DNA of 64,000 nt from the NCBI GenBank assembly GCA_964016885.1, contig OZ024741.1:354950001-355014000 (forward strand), in the 5' to 3' direction. Below are positions 38,990 to 54,379 of the stretch, piece by piece (position 1 is the first letter of the stretch; every line of letters starts with the position of its first letter). Below the pieces are notes generated by a model. It saw nothing but the letters and a program-made list of their open reading frames with translations. It made no database searches and had not been told where the DNA came from. This DNA comes from Eledone cirrhosa (taxonomy: Eukaryota). The translations under genes and the position numbers were made by a program.

Positions 38990-41345
38990 CATTGGAACAT
39001 TTTAAAGAATAAGTTTATTCCACAAGAGCAGATGTACGTGGTTATAGTGTGAAACAAAAACAAACAAAGACTGGTTTGATAACGATTCTATTATCAGCCA
39101 GTTACTGAAAAGAAATCAGACACTATGGAAAAATCATGGGTGAGAATCCTTCAACTCGACTTCCTACTGAGAAGATATATAAAGAATACAAAGTCACATT
39201 ACAACGTGAACTGAGAAGGATGAAAAACGGTTGGTAGTCAAAGGTATCTCACGAGGTGCAAGCTGCTGTTAATAGTAACGAAGGATGGTGTAGTTATCTA
39301 TAAAGATCTAGAAAACAACATGAAGAGTTGGAAAGAACATTCCTTTGACCTTTTTCTTTTACAATTGTCAACTTTGATGTTATAGAGAGTCTGCCTCAGC
39401 ATGATATAATACTATCAATGGACAATCCACTGACTATTGAAGAAATCAGAATGGCAACCTCTCAGGTAAACTCAGACAAGGCACCAGGGTTAGATAGGAT
39501 TCCAGTCGAGTTATTGAAAGCTGGAGGAGTCCACATATCATTGTTTATCTATTCACTTCTTGTGAAATGTTGGGAAGGAGCATCAAACCATAAGATTGGG
39601 CTGATGGAATCTCAATCATTTACAAAGGTAAATGAAAAACATTCAATTGTAACAACTTCTGTTGGATCGCAATACTAGACTCTATTGGAAAGGTAGTATC
39701 TAAGTTGATGCTGAATCGCCTTTGGAAAATATATGTCCACTGGTTCTTTCAGAAATTCAGTCTAGTTTCAGGACAGGAAGGGGAACAGCTGGAGGAAAAA
39801 TGCATAGAACAGCACCTGCCTTTCTATCAAGTTTTTATCGACTTGTCTAAGGCTTTTGATACTGTCAATAGAGAAGCCTTATGGATCATTCTTAGTAAAT
39901 TAGGCTGTCCACAGAAATTTTTGCAGATCTTCAAACAACAAGATCAAAACAAGAAGACCAGGATTGTATTTAACGGAAAACTCCCGGAACAGACTTTTGT
40001 GGACAATGGTGTTAAGTAAGGGGACATTCCTGCCCCAACACTATTTGCAATATACTTTGTCGTTCTCTTTGCTTATGCATTCCACAACTGTAATCGAGAC
40101 ATAAACCTGCGTTTCTGAACGTCAGGGCAGGCCTTTAATTTAAAAAAACATTTAATAATAAATCTGTGACATTCAATATGTTAATTCGTTTGTATGTTGA
40201 TGATGCGGATCTTGTTGTACACCCAGAATCAGACATGCAATATACGATAGATACATTTTCTAAAGCATGTTCTCTTTTTGGGATCACTGTAAGTTTAACT
40301 AAGTCCAAGGTGATGTCAACTCCAGCACCAAGAGAAACTTATGTTGTGATAAATATATATGTAAATGGGACTAGGTTTGCGGCGGTGGATGTTTTTTTTT
40401 TTTCGTGTATCTGGGTAGTATTCTTCGAGTACAGAAGACAAGCACTACATTTGGATTATTATTGAAAAGGGTGTGGTCAGACAGAAGCATAACATTGAGG
40501 ACAAAATTAACTGTGTATAAAGTAAGTGTGCTTACAGTTTTGTTGTATGGGTGTGAATCATGGACCGTTCACCAGCGGCATTTCAAGATACGAGAAAGAT
40601 TCCACCAGCTGTCTTCAGCAGATCCTAGGTATTAAACAGAGAAGAATGACATCTGAAGTTTTACAATCAGTCCCCTTATCATTAAGAGTCAAATGCACTG
40701 GGCGAGGCATTGTGTTCGCATGAATGATGCAAAGCTTCCAAGGAAAAAGACCACAGCATAGGCCTAAGAAAAGGTACAAAGATTGTATTATGTAAAATGT
40801 CTGGGTTTAGATATAAATTAATGGGAAAAGCAAGCTCTTGATCGTAATATATGGTGAAAGACAATTAAATCAGGGTGTCAACTATTGGATATAAAGAAAA
40901 AAGCAAAAGCAGAGCTAAAACGGACTCTAAGAAGGGGTGAGTTGGTAGGGTTTGAAAATGTTGATTATTGGAATTGCAACCTCTGTCGGCATGTCTTTTA
41001 TTCTAAGGCCGATTTTGTAAACCATATGAAAATGCATGGATTGACAATGACACAGGCAGATTATGTTACAAATCTCCTTGCACCTCCAGATGTGACTACT
41101 TGTCAAATTTGTCGCAAGATATGTAAGGCAACCTCTGGATTAAAACGCCATATGAAGGTTCATCAACATGAAATTCCACATCCTTATCGAATAAACCCAA
41201 TACATACACTGGTATATATTTGTTACTTGTGACAAAGACCTTGTAAATCAGTTGTTGGATTGAAACGTTACCTCCATGTAAATGGGTGAGGGGGGAGGGT
41301 ATAAACTTGCTGGAGGTATTGATACGATGTTGAGACAGCTATCAT
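38990..41345 (+). mobile_element. Degenerate RTE (BovB-like) LINE with C-terminal C2H2 zinc fingers
   Basis: KAPGLDRIPVELLK, FIDLSKAFDTVNREALW, NGVK*G, LYVDDADL, LLYGCESWT, then CNLC..H..MH and CQIC..GLKRHMKVH. There are many stops and frameshifts. Confidence 0.85.
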
Positions 41346-41375
41346 TTGACAAGTTGAAGCAATCATCATGTATGC

Positions 41376-41423
<48 letters not shown>

Positions 41424-41446
41424 GTATATATATATGTATATATATA

Positions 41447-43903
41447 GTGAAAAATTGAACAGGAACAAAACAGAGGCAGTACGAACAAAGGTTTATTAAT
41501 TTCACGCTCTTGAGAGTGGGGTGGTGGTGGGGAACGACGTTTCGGGCATAAGCCCTTCTTCAGGTGAAAAGTGTGTGGGAAGAGAGTTCAAAGAGTGTAT
41601 AGGGGAGTGGTGGAGAGACATATAGCAAAAAGGGGGTGAGAGGAAACGGTGCAAATGAAATTAAAAATAAAGGCATGATCAAAATCAAATTAAAATGGGG
41701 TAAAACAGGTGGTGGAAGAGTGTGGGGCGTGTAGGGGTGGTGGCGGGTGGAGTGGGGAGAGGGAGACGGGGTGTCCGAGCGGCGAGGGCTGAAGGTGGCG
41801 TGTGTATGTAGGTATACGTGTGTGTGTGTGTATGTGAAAGCAAGGGTTGGGGGAAGAACGGGGTTGCATGTTCAGGAAGAGGTGTGTGTGGGGTGGGGTG
41901 TAGGTCGGAGTGTGTGTGCGTGTGTGGGTAGAGGATTCCGGAGGCTGAATGTGTAAATATGTGGTGGTACGCACGTGTGTGTGTGTGGTGTTTATGCGTA
42001 TTGTGGATGTAGGTGACGTGTGGGAAATTTTTTTTTTGTGTGTGTGTCTGGGGTGAGCCTCAAAGGTAATTCCGTAAAAAGATGTGGTGGAATGCTGAGT
42101 AAAATCCTGGGATGCGGTAGATTCTCGGGATCAAGGTTCACATATGTGTAATCCGTGAAGAGATTGGTCGGAAGAGGGGAGATGTGGGGTGCGCGTACAA
42201 CAGGAAGTGGTCAGAGGGTCAAGGCAGGAGGAGGGTTGTGTGTCTGTGTGTGCGGGGATGTGGTCAGAGGCATAACAGCAGTAGGGTAGAATGTTAAGTG
42301 TAGGTGTGTACGTGTGCTTGGGGTCAGGGGGTGTTAGTGATGTTAGTTGCGGGGTGGTGAGGTGGATGTGTGGGGGTGAGGGTTAGTGGTGGTAGTAGGG
42401 TGTGTGTTTAGTGTGAGCGCGTGTATATATGTACCGGTGGGTGTGTGCGTGTGATAAGGAGGGGGGGGGGAAGAAGGGAGGGATGTTAGTATGTTAGTTG
42501 GGGAAGGGTGGTCGGATGTGGGGTGGAGGTGTTAGTATTGTTAGTTGTGGGGTGGGCGGTGAAAAGGAGGGGTGTGTTAGTGGGGGATATGTGTGGGGGG
42601 AGGGGGGCGGTCGAAGGCTAAAGGAATAAGGGTGGGGAGTTCAGGCCGGGGGGAGTCTGGGTCTGTAGGGTGAAGATGGTTCGTTGTTCGACTCTTAGGA
42701 GATTGGCGGGTGTTCCGTGGCATTGGAGTAGGCCACAGACTGTGAGATGGTGTGCGGAATGTCCAGGGGCACCAAAGTGGCGGGCGATGGGGGAACTACC
42801 ACCGAGACGAATATCCCGGAGGTGCTCAGTAAATCTGTTCGCCAGGCGACGTCCAGTCTGTCCGACGTAAGTCGCGCTGCACTCCGTGCAGCGAAGTCTG
42901 TAGACTAGGTTGGAGGAGGTGCAGCGGAAGGCATGCCGGACAGAGAGAGAGTGGCCGTTGGGACCCTAAAAGGTGGTGGTGTTGGTGATGTGGGGACAGG
43001 TGTTGCAGCGGGGCCTAGAACAGGTAAAGGAACCGGGGGGGGGGGGCGTGGGTTGGGGGAAGAGAGCGTGGGTTGGGGGTAGGGAGCTGTGGACGAGGAG
43101 GGTACGGAGATTGCGTGCGCGTTTGAAGGAGGGGAGTGGTGGGGCTGGGAAGGTGGAGGGGTCGGACTGGAGGCGTCGGAAGAGGCGGAGGATGGTGCGG
43201 TGGAGGGGTATGATGGAGGGGTGGTAGGTGATGGGGAAGGGGAGATGGTGGGTGGGTGTGCGGTGGCGTGGGGTGAGGGTGGTGGAGCGGTGGACAGCAC
43301 GGGCGCGGGTGAGAGCGGTGTGGACGAGAGAGGGGGGTAACCTCTGCGGATGAAATGGCTGACTAAGGAAAGGGCCTGGGACTCAAAGTCAGCATCTCGG
43401 CTACAGAGGCGGCGGATCCTGAGGAGTTGGGAGTAGGGAATAGAGTGTTTAGTGTGTGGGGGGTGGGAAGAGGTGAAGTCGAGGTAGGAGTGGGAGTCGG
43501 TAGGTTTGAAGAAGGCGGAGGTGACGAGGGAGTGGTGGGAGGGGTCGAAGGCGACGGAGATGTCTAAGAAGTGGACGTGGGTGGTGGAGATAGAGGTGGT
43601 GAAGTGGAGGGAGGGGTGGAAGGAGCAGAAGAAGGAGAGAAAGGAGTCGAGCTGTTCTCGGGTGAGGGTCGTGGCTCCGATACAGTCGTCGATGTAACGA
43701 CCGTACAGTTCGGGCGTGGGGCCGGTGTACTGGGCAAAGATTTGGGCCTCAACATGGCCAACAAAAAGATTGGCATAGTTTGGGCCCATTCTTGTACCCA
43801 TGGCTACCCCCGTGACCTGTTGGTAAAACTCACCCGAGAAGGAGAAACAGTTGAGGGTGAGGACCAGCTCGGCGAGGCGAAGGTGGGTGGGGGTGGAGGG
43901 GGA
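41447..43903 (-). mobile_element. Penelope-like element A (Neptune-like), 5'-truncated: RT + Cys linker + GIY-YIG + pLTR
   Basis: RT: [34 protein letters not shown] and SSHPPHTK. After a frameshift near 43335 the frame continues [39 protein letters not shown] and GLN, with the stop at 42618-42620. Confidence 0.92.
41527..41573 (-). ncRNA. Minimal type I hammerhead ribozyme core in the pLTR of Penelope-like element A
   Basis: The minus strand reads ttttcac-CUGAAGA-a-gggc-uuau-gccc-GAAA-cg-UC-guucc. Confidence 0.65.
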
Positions 43904-43933
43904 GATATATATATATATATATATATGTATGTG

Positions 43934-43966
<33 letters not shown>

Positions 43967-44545
43967 GTATATGTATGTGTATATATATATATATATGTAT
44001 GTGTATATGTATGTGTATATATATATATATATGTATGTATGTGTATATGTATGTGTATATATATATATATATATATGTATGTGTATATGTATGTGTATAT
44101 ATATATATATATGTATGTGTATATGTATGTGTATATATATATATATGTATGTATGTGTATATATATATATATGTATGTATGTATATATATGTATGTATGT
44201 ATATGTATGTATGTATGTATATATATGTATGTATGTATATATATGTATGTATGTATATATATGTATGTATGTATATATATGTATGTATGTATGTATATAT
44301 ATGTATGTATGTATGTATATATATGTATGTATGTATGTATATATATGTATGTATGTATATATGTATGTATGTATGTATGTATATATATGTATGTATGTAT
44401 ATATATATGTATGTGTATATATATATATGTATGTATGTATGTGTATATATATATGTATGTGTATGTATGTATGTGTATATATATATGTATGTGTATATAT
44501 GTATGTGTATATATATGTATGTGTATATATATATATATATATATG

Positions 44546-44608
<63 letters not shown>
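43904..44608. repeat. (TA)n/(TATG)n microsatellite array
   Basis: Direct reading of the sequence. Confidence 0.97.
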
Positions 44609-44611
<3 letters not shown>

Positions 44612-44717
44612 GGAGGTGAGTTTTATTGTAGTACAATAAAGCAATGCAGATATCGGATAATATCGTAAAACCAACCATGAAAATTTAGAATACATAAACC
44701 TTGAAGCCTCTGAGATT

Positions 44718-46607
44718 ATGTCAAAACTTGGCATTGAAAAAAAGACAGAACCATTCCCCCCAAGAACTCCGAGGATAAATCTCAAGGATCGCAAAAACAA
44801 TTTTCGCACTGAACTACCTGTTAGATTAATCGCCCCCTCTAAATCAGATCTGGGGGTTGTTAGTAAAGCCATCTTGGATAGAATTATCCCACAGGTTCGT
44901 TCTAATTGCTCTTCTTTGAACCTAAATTTATGGTTTGGTACTTCTGAAGTGATTAGCTGGTTCAACAAATTGAATAATAAAAACAAACTAAAATTTGTTC
45001 AATTTGATATTGCCAGCTACTATACCTCCATTTCGCCTTCACTTCTCAATAATGCTCTATCTTTCGCACTTAAATATTCTGACATCACCACAGATGAACT
45101 TCACCTCATTCTCACCGCACGTAAAACCATCCTAGAGTTCAACAACGAATATTGGACCAGAGCCGATACCTCTAACAACTTCGACATCACAATGGGAGCA
45201 TCCGATTCATCCCAATTGACTGATTTAATTGGTATCTTTATTTTGAACTCTTTGAGTCGGAAAATTCCTCAACTTCGCGGTGGAATTTATCGTGACGATG
45301 GACTCTTTACTATCTTAAATTGCAACATAGTTAACCTTAATAATAACAATATACGTAATCTCTTTAACCAACATAACCTAAAAATTGAATTTGATAACAG
45401 TATCAAACTAGCTAATTTCTTGGATGTATCTCTTAATCTTGACACTGGCCTATATTACCCTTACCATAAAAACAATGAGAACCTAAATTATGTTAACTTT
45501 AAATCTAACCATCCTACTAATATCAAGAATGCTATAGTTAGTAATATTGGAAAAAGAATATCTAACCTATCTTCTAATAAAAACATCTTTGATGCTAACG
45601 CCAATTACTATAATAACGCGCTTTCTAAAGCCGGCTATCCTGATAAAATCAAATATAGTAAAGAAACAAATTCTAGAAGAAATTACAGTAGAATAATTAA
45701 TCATGATCATTCCAATAACTTTAATAAAAGACCTAGATACAAAAACATAATCTGGTATAATGCTCCTTTCTCCATCTCTATTAATAACAATATTCCTAAA
45801 TTATTCTTTAGTGCCTTAAATAAATGCTTCCCTCCCTCACATATCTATAGTAAAATATTTAACAAACACACTATAAAATTTTCTTATTCTACATCCTCCA
45901 ACATTTCCAACATTATCTCTAAACACAACAATAAAATACTAAACACTAAATCTCTTCCTTCCAACACTGAATTTCATAATAATAGTACTCCCGACGTCAT
46001 TGTAAACCCTAGGCTAATTTCTACAAACCCAAATACAACGTCAAACACAACTTCGCTAAATGTTCATAATCCCATTCTAAATCAAGAAACTATTATTCCT
46101 ATCGCAAACAACTTCTCCAATCCAATTCCTTCTATAGATAACACTAGGTCACTCATTAATAATCTCTCTAATTGCAATTGCAATTGCCCTATTAAAAATA
46201 AATGTCCTCTCAACAACCATTGTCTTGATAAAAACTTAATTTACGAATGTAAAGTTATAACTGACACTAATTCCTTCACCTATTTTGGCTCCACTTCCAC
46301 CTCTTTTAAAGCTCGTCTTTATAACCATCATTCGTCTTTTAAATACAAACTTAAAAGAACCAACACGGCTCTCTCAGAACTCATATGGTCCTTTAAAGAC
46401 AAAAATATTAAATATAGCATCTTTTGGAAGAAGGTTTCTTCTGCGTTTCTATACTTGAACAGCTCTCTATCCAAAATCTGCAATCTCTGTCTAAATGAAA
46501 AATTTACCATTATCTCTAATCTAGATTCTATAATAAATAGACGCACTGACTTGTTTTCTATCTGCTTGCATAAATTCCATAAAACATTTCACAAAGTATA
46601 CAGCTAA
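44718..46607 (+). CDS. Penelope-like element B ORF (Naiad-like), 5'-truncated: RT + GIY-YIG endonuclease
   Basis: [49 protein letters not shown] and SNHP. C-terminal CNC...[15 protein letters not shown]...TYFGST...FKARLYNH and CNLCLNEK...CLH. There are 629 codons without a stop. Confidence 0.9.
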   Translation: MSKLGIEKKTEPFPPRTPRINLKDRKNNFRTELPVRLIAPSKSDLGVVSKAILDRIIPQVRSNCSSLNLNLWFGTSEVISWFNKLNNKNKLKFVQFDIASYYTSISPSLLNNALSFALKYSDITTDELHLILTARKTILEFNNEYWTRADTSNNFDITMGASDSSQLTDLIGIFILNSLSRKIPQLRGGIYRDDGLFTILNCNIVNLNNNNIRNLFNQHNLKIEFDNSIKLANFLDVSLNLDTGLYYPYHKNNENLNYVNFKSNHPTNIKNAIVSNIGKRISNLSSNKNIFDANANYYNNALSKAGYPDKIKYSKETNSRRNYSRIINHDHSNNFNKRPRYKNIIWYNAPFSISINNNIPKLFFSALNKCFPPSHIYSKIFNKHTIKFSYSTSSNISNIISKHNNKILNTKSLPSNTEFHNNSTPDVIVNPRLISTNPNTTSNTTSLNVHNPILNQETIIPIANNFSNPIPSIDNTRSLINNLSNCNCNCPIKNKCPLNNHCLDKNLIYECKVITDTNSFTYFGSTSTSFKARLYNHHSSFKYKLKRTNTALSELIWSFKDKNIKYSIFWKKVSSAFLYLNSSLSKICNLCLNEKFTIISNLDSIINRRTDLFSICLHKFHKTFHKVYS

Positions 46608-47377
46608 TATTCAATTCTTTATCAATTTAGAATCTTTTTCTCAAAGGCACATATATATATATACACTTCTTTTAAAAATATACCCATCTTTCTACCTTAT
46701 TTCAAAGGTTATTATACATTCTATAATACTTGTTTACTCATTCTACATCGCCCCTAATTATCACTTCCCTTTCTTCTCTTCTTCTTCGAATGTCTAACCC
46801 CTAATCTGTACCTTTTCTCACTCCTGCCTAACATAGAATCAATTATTACATAATACAATACACTCTTACTCTATATCACCTTGTAAAAATCCTTCGTAAA
46901 CATATACATTTTTTTTTACGTTAAATTATTCATCCTCAATTCATTATTCTTTTCTCCCTTTCATCTAACTCATTATTCTCAATACATATTAACATTTTCT
47001 TTTTCTTCGCACATATTATCAAACCCCTCAATATACAAACCTTAACTTTACATTATTTTTCTCTTCGTTAATTTTCAAATTCTTTTAATTTATACATTAT
47101 CTTCCAACGGTTTTCAACCTCTCTATGTAAAACAATATATCTTTCTCAGTTATAAAAGCTATCTCTCTCTCTCTATCACCCATCTCTCCTCCTATCTCAT
47201 CCTTCCTCATTATACTCCTCCCTCTCCACCTTCACTCTCATCTCCTCCTTTTTTTTTCATCCTTTCCACCCCCCCCCCCCTAAATAAAATATTTTTCCCA
47301 ATATCACACATCAATCTAAAACTACTTCTCATATGTTGATTTAAAACTGAACTATCCACAAGTGTTTTTTAACCTTC

Positions 47378-47458
47378 ATATGTCCTGTTTTATCTGATGA
47401 AAACACAAATATTATGATGATATTTGTTTTTGAAATGCGCATAAAAAAATACATGGAA
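47378..47458 (+). ncRNA. Type I hammerhead ribozyme near the 3' end of Penelope-like element B
   Basis: guuuuau-CUGAUGA (47394-47400), stem II acaaauauua/ugauauuugu, GAAA (47432-47435), palindrome ugcgca, UA, then aaaaaau. Confidence 0.7.
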
Positions 47459-47479
47459 CTCTTTTAACCATCTTTTGTT

Positions 47480-47481
<2 letters not shown>

Positions 47482-47518
<37 letters not shown>

Positions 47519-47569
47519 ATATATATATATATGTATGTATGTGTATATATATATATATGTATGTATGTG

Positions 47570-47602
<33 letters not shown>

Positions 47603-47613
47603 GTATGTATGTG

Positions 47614-47646
<33 letters not shown>

Positions 47647-47752
47647 GTATATGTATATATATGTATATGTATATATATGTATATGTATATATATATATAT
47701 GTATATATGTATATATATGTATATATATATATATGTATATATGTATATATAT
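47482..47752. repeat. (TA)n/(TATG)n array
   Basis: Direct reading of the sequence. Confidence 0.97.
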
Positions 47753-47753
47753 G

Positions 47754-48438
47754 TTACGCGTTTTTAATTGTCCTAATGACTTAATTTAGTTATTATTGCA
47801 CCGACGTGAGGTATATGATTTTTAATGCAATGAAATATCTATGATCGTCGGCAAATCACTGACGAGGGACTTATTTTATTACATGTCATCCATGTGCTAC
47901 CTGCAGTATTCTTCTCCCCATTTTTTCACATATATTTACCTAAACTGCGATTCTGTTTTTTTTCTCTCTCTCTCTCTTACTGCTCCCTCATTCTCTCTGT
48001 TTCTCCTACTTTCTTTCGCCCCCTCTGCCATGTCAGTTAACTCTTCCTCACACTTCCACTCACTCACTCACTGTTTCTCCTCTTCTCACTTCACCCCGTT
48101 CGCGACGAAAACAATTTCTCTCTTTCTCACATTGGATTCGTTCACGAAAGGTCTTTTTTCTAAGCGCTCGTATATTCACCTAGCTTATGCTAACAGAATA
48201 ACTATGAAGCTTGTTTCCTTCCTTCTACGGTTAGCTCTCCTCTTTGTTGTTTTCTTGTCTCACTCGCTTTACGCGTTTTTAATTGTCCTAATAACTTAAT
48301 TTAGTTATTATTGCACCGACGTGAGGTATATGATTTTTAATGCAATGAAATATCTATGATCGTCGGCAAATCACTGATGAGGGACTTATTTTATTACATG
48401 TCATCCATGTGCTACCTGCAGTATTCTTCTCCCCATTT

Positions 48439-48443
<5 letters not shown>
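47754..48443 (+). repeat. ORF-less insertion with a ~175-bp terminal direct repeat (515-bp period; partial tandem, pLTR-like)
   Basis: ttacgcgtttttaattgtccta...ccccattttttca occurs at 47754-47928 and 48269-48443. Both flanks are (TA)n. Confidence 0.85.
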
Positions 48444-51810
<3,367 letters not shown>

Positions 51811-51812
51811 TT

Positions 51813-54368
51813 CTAGCGGAGCTACCCGGCTTTGCTCAGTGTTAAAAAGCTTATCTAGAAAAGAATAATATTAACATTTTAATCGTTATTTAAAAACTTC
51901 TGTAATTTAGTTTCTATTTTTTAGATTTTAACATTTATCTTTAAATGACTGAATGACTGACGAATTTAAAGAAAATTCGTTATAAGAACATTTAATTTGT
52001 TTTACTGAAGTGCTTTTGGATACACAATGTTTTTTGTTTTTCCTTCTGGTGCGTACACGAATAAATCAGAAGGTTTACCGACGCGTGAGCAAGCCACATA
52101 CAGCTGTCCATGTGAGAAGCATGGATTTTCTAAATTTAGTCCACACACTTGTAGCGATTGTCCTTGTGCTTTGTTGGTAGTCATTGCAAAGGCGAGTCGC
52201 ACCGGAAACTGCAAACGTTTGAAATCGAATGGCGTATATGTTGGAATGATTGGGATGCGTGGCAAGAGTACATCTTCTCCTTTAAATTTTCCATTTAAAA
52301 TTGTAGCCTCGATGATATTGTTCACCGTCTTTTTCACTGAAAGTCTGGTACCGTTGCAAAGTTGTGGTGGATTGATGTTTCGGAGAAGGATGATAGGCAC
52401 GCCAATTTTCAATGTTAAAATGTGCGGTGGCATGCCTGGCAAATCAAGTGAATTCAAGAATTCAATTGGATAATTGATAATTTCGTCTTGATTCATTACA
52501 GTATCGATGGACTTATACGTTGTCGCTTCGCCTTGTATTTCGTTTTGAATGCTGAAATTAATGGCATTGACATCGGTGTTTTTGGTTGCTAATATAGCAC
52601 GTACACTGAGCCACTGATGATTTTTGTAATGCTGCGCAATATTTGGGAACACTTTGTGAATCAGTTCGTCTCTGGTTGCCGTGATTCTACAGAAGTTTGT
52701 TGGCAATGTGATACATTTTGTGGAATCATCGATTACCATTTTCCCATTCCCAATATCCAGCAATTGTTTTGTGAAACGTTCAGCGGATGCGTCATTTTGT
52801 AGTTGTACACGCATATTGTTTTTTAAAGTTAATTTCTGTACGTGTCGCCATAAAACTGATGATTTGAGACATGCATTAAGCTCACCAGCGGGTGTTGATC
52901 GCGGTATAACTGGTAGAGTTTTTCGAAAATCACCAGACAATAAAATGAGTGTGCCACCGAAGAGCTGTTCATTTCCTTTCAAATCTTTTAGCGTATTATT
53001 AAGCGCTTCCAATGATTTTTTGTGCGCCATAGTACATTCGTCCCATATAATGATTTTACATGATTGGAGTACTTTACCTATACCAGAATTTTTGGTAATA
53101 TTGCATGTTGATGTCTCAGCGATTTGCATATTCAATGGCAATTTCAGGGCTGAATGTGCTGTTCGGCCACCATCTAAAAGAGTTGCCGCAATTCCAGATG
53201 ATGCGATTGCCAGTGCAATATTATTTTCTGATCGTATAGTTGCCAAAATAAGTGAAATGAGAAAAGTTTTGCCTGTACCACCGGGCGCATCTATAAAATA
53301 CAATCCGCCGCTTTGACTTATAATTGCCTGCATAATTTGGTCATATACTATGCGTTGTTCTGGTAGCAATTTGGGAAGATTCGTTTGAACAAATGTACCC
53401 AATTCGGCGACATCAAAGTTTGTTTGTCGTTTACAGATCGATTCGGCGCAGGCATTCCCAATTGTACCAATGTTTTGTTAGCGATTGCTAAACATATGAC
53501 CTCAATGGAAACCAATGCTTCATTATACACATTTTGTGTGAATTGAATATTCATATTTTGATTTGTTGCACGCAAACGATGTAGGATGTCTTCACTCATG
53601 TAGTCTTTATATTTTCCCCAAAGATCTTTTGGATTTGATGGGAAGCACGTTGTCAATATTATTGAGAATAATGTGCGTATTTGCTTTGGTCGAGCAGTAT
53701 TCGATGCATCAGCGAGTGAAGTGTCCCAATGTCCATCATTTTCAAGAAGATTTAATTCTTGGCAAGCTTCACGATAAGTGGCACATACTTGACCGTTTAC
53801 TGTTCTCAATTCTTGGAATGATGTCGGTCCACGTATGTGTCCAGGTCAGGAAAATAAGGACAGACGAAATGAAGATATCAAATTACAGCACTTAGTTAAG
53901 GGCTAGCTGAAAAAGAATTCCCTGTAATGGGAGTGGAAGGGAAGTAATGTGAAACAGACACTATACTAATTCTATTGAAATTATATTAAATTAAAGAGAG
54001 AATTTACTAATTCTATTGAAATTATATTAAATTAAAGAGAGAATACTAATTCTATTGAAATTATCTTTAATTAAAAAAATTTCACACTCGCTCTTTCACT
54101 CACTCTTTGTCTATACGTTGATTTCTCTTTCTTCGTTTATAGCACTCTCTCTTTCTCTATATGTTGCTCTTTCACTCTCTCTCTTTGTCTATACGTTGAT
54201 TTCTCTTTCTCCGTTTATAACTTTAGAGACAGTCTAATATAGGGAGTGGTTCAAAGCAGCCAGACTACTCGCTCTTTCACTCTCTGTTTGAATATACGTT
54301 GATTTCTCTTTCTCCGTTTATATCTTTGGACAAACAAACAAACATACATTCATTTTTATATATATAGA
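51813..54368 (-). mobile_element. Helitron, internally deleted, both termini present
   Basis: The minus-strand 5' end is TCTATATATATAAAAATGAATGTATGTTTGTTTG (54368). The 3' end is ...gagcaaagccgggtagctccgCTAG (51813). It contains PIF1 helicase coding sequence and internal tandem repeats at ~53960-54325. Confidence 0.88.
52002..53402 (-). CDS. PIF1-family (SF1) helicase domain of Helitron RepHel
   Basis: DAPGGTGKT, GRTAHSALKLP, IWDECTM, GDFRKTLPV, LCNGTRL, RLQFPVRLAFAMT, KAQGQS and FSHGQLYVACSRV. The upstream frame 53348-53809 (RTVNGQVCATYREAC) joins through a frameshift. Confidence 0.92.
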   Translation of the reverse strand: MGTFVQTNLPKLLPEQRIVYDQIMQAIISQSGGLYFIDAPGGTGKTFLISLILATIRSENNIALAIASSGIAATLLDGGRTAHSALKLPLNMQIAETSTCNITKNSGIGKVLQSCKIIIWDECTMAHKKSLEALNNTLKDLKGNEQLFGGTLILLSGDFRKTLPVIPRSTPAGELNACLKSSVLWRHVQKLTLKNNMRVQLQNDASAERFTKQLLDIGNGKMVIDDSTKCITLPTNFCRITATRDELIHKVFPNIAQHYKNHQWLSVRAILATKNTDVNAINFSIQNEIQGEATTYKSIDTVMNQDEIINYPIEFLNSLDLPGMPPHILTLKIGVPIILLRNINPPQLCNGTRLSVKKTVNNIIEATILNGKFKGEDVLLPRIPIIPTYTPFDFKRLQFPVRLAFAMTTNKAQGQSLQVCGLNLENPCFSHGQLYVACSRVGKPSDLFVYAPEGKTKNIVYPKALQ

Positions 54369-54379
54369 TAGATAGATAT

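Noticed and set aside
42905-44986. 693-aa ORF apparently fusing an N-terminal domain to a Penelope RT
   Set aside because: It is a chance read-through of the antisense strand of element B, the TA array and the RT of element A. Its Pro-rich end is the wrong frame after a frameshift.
47859-47910. CUGACGA/CUGAUGA motif in the 175-bp direct repeat
   Set aside because: No properly placed stem II and GAAA follow, so it is not called a hammerhead.
52002-53402. Host PIF1 helicase gene
   Set aside because: It is intronless, frameshifted upstream and enclosed by Helitron termini.
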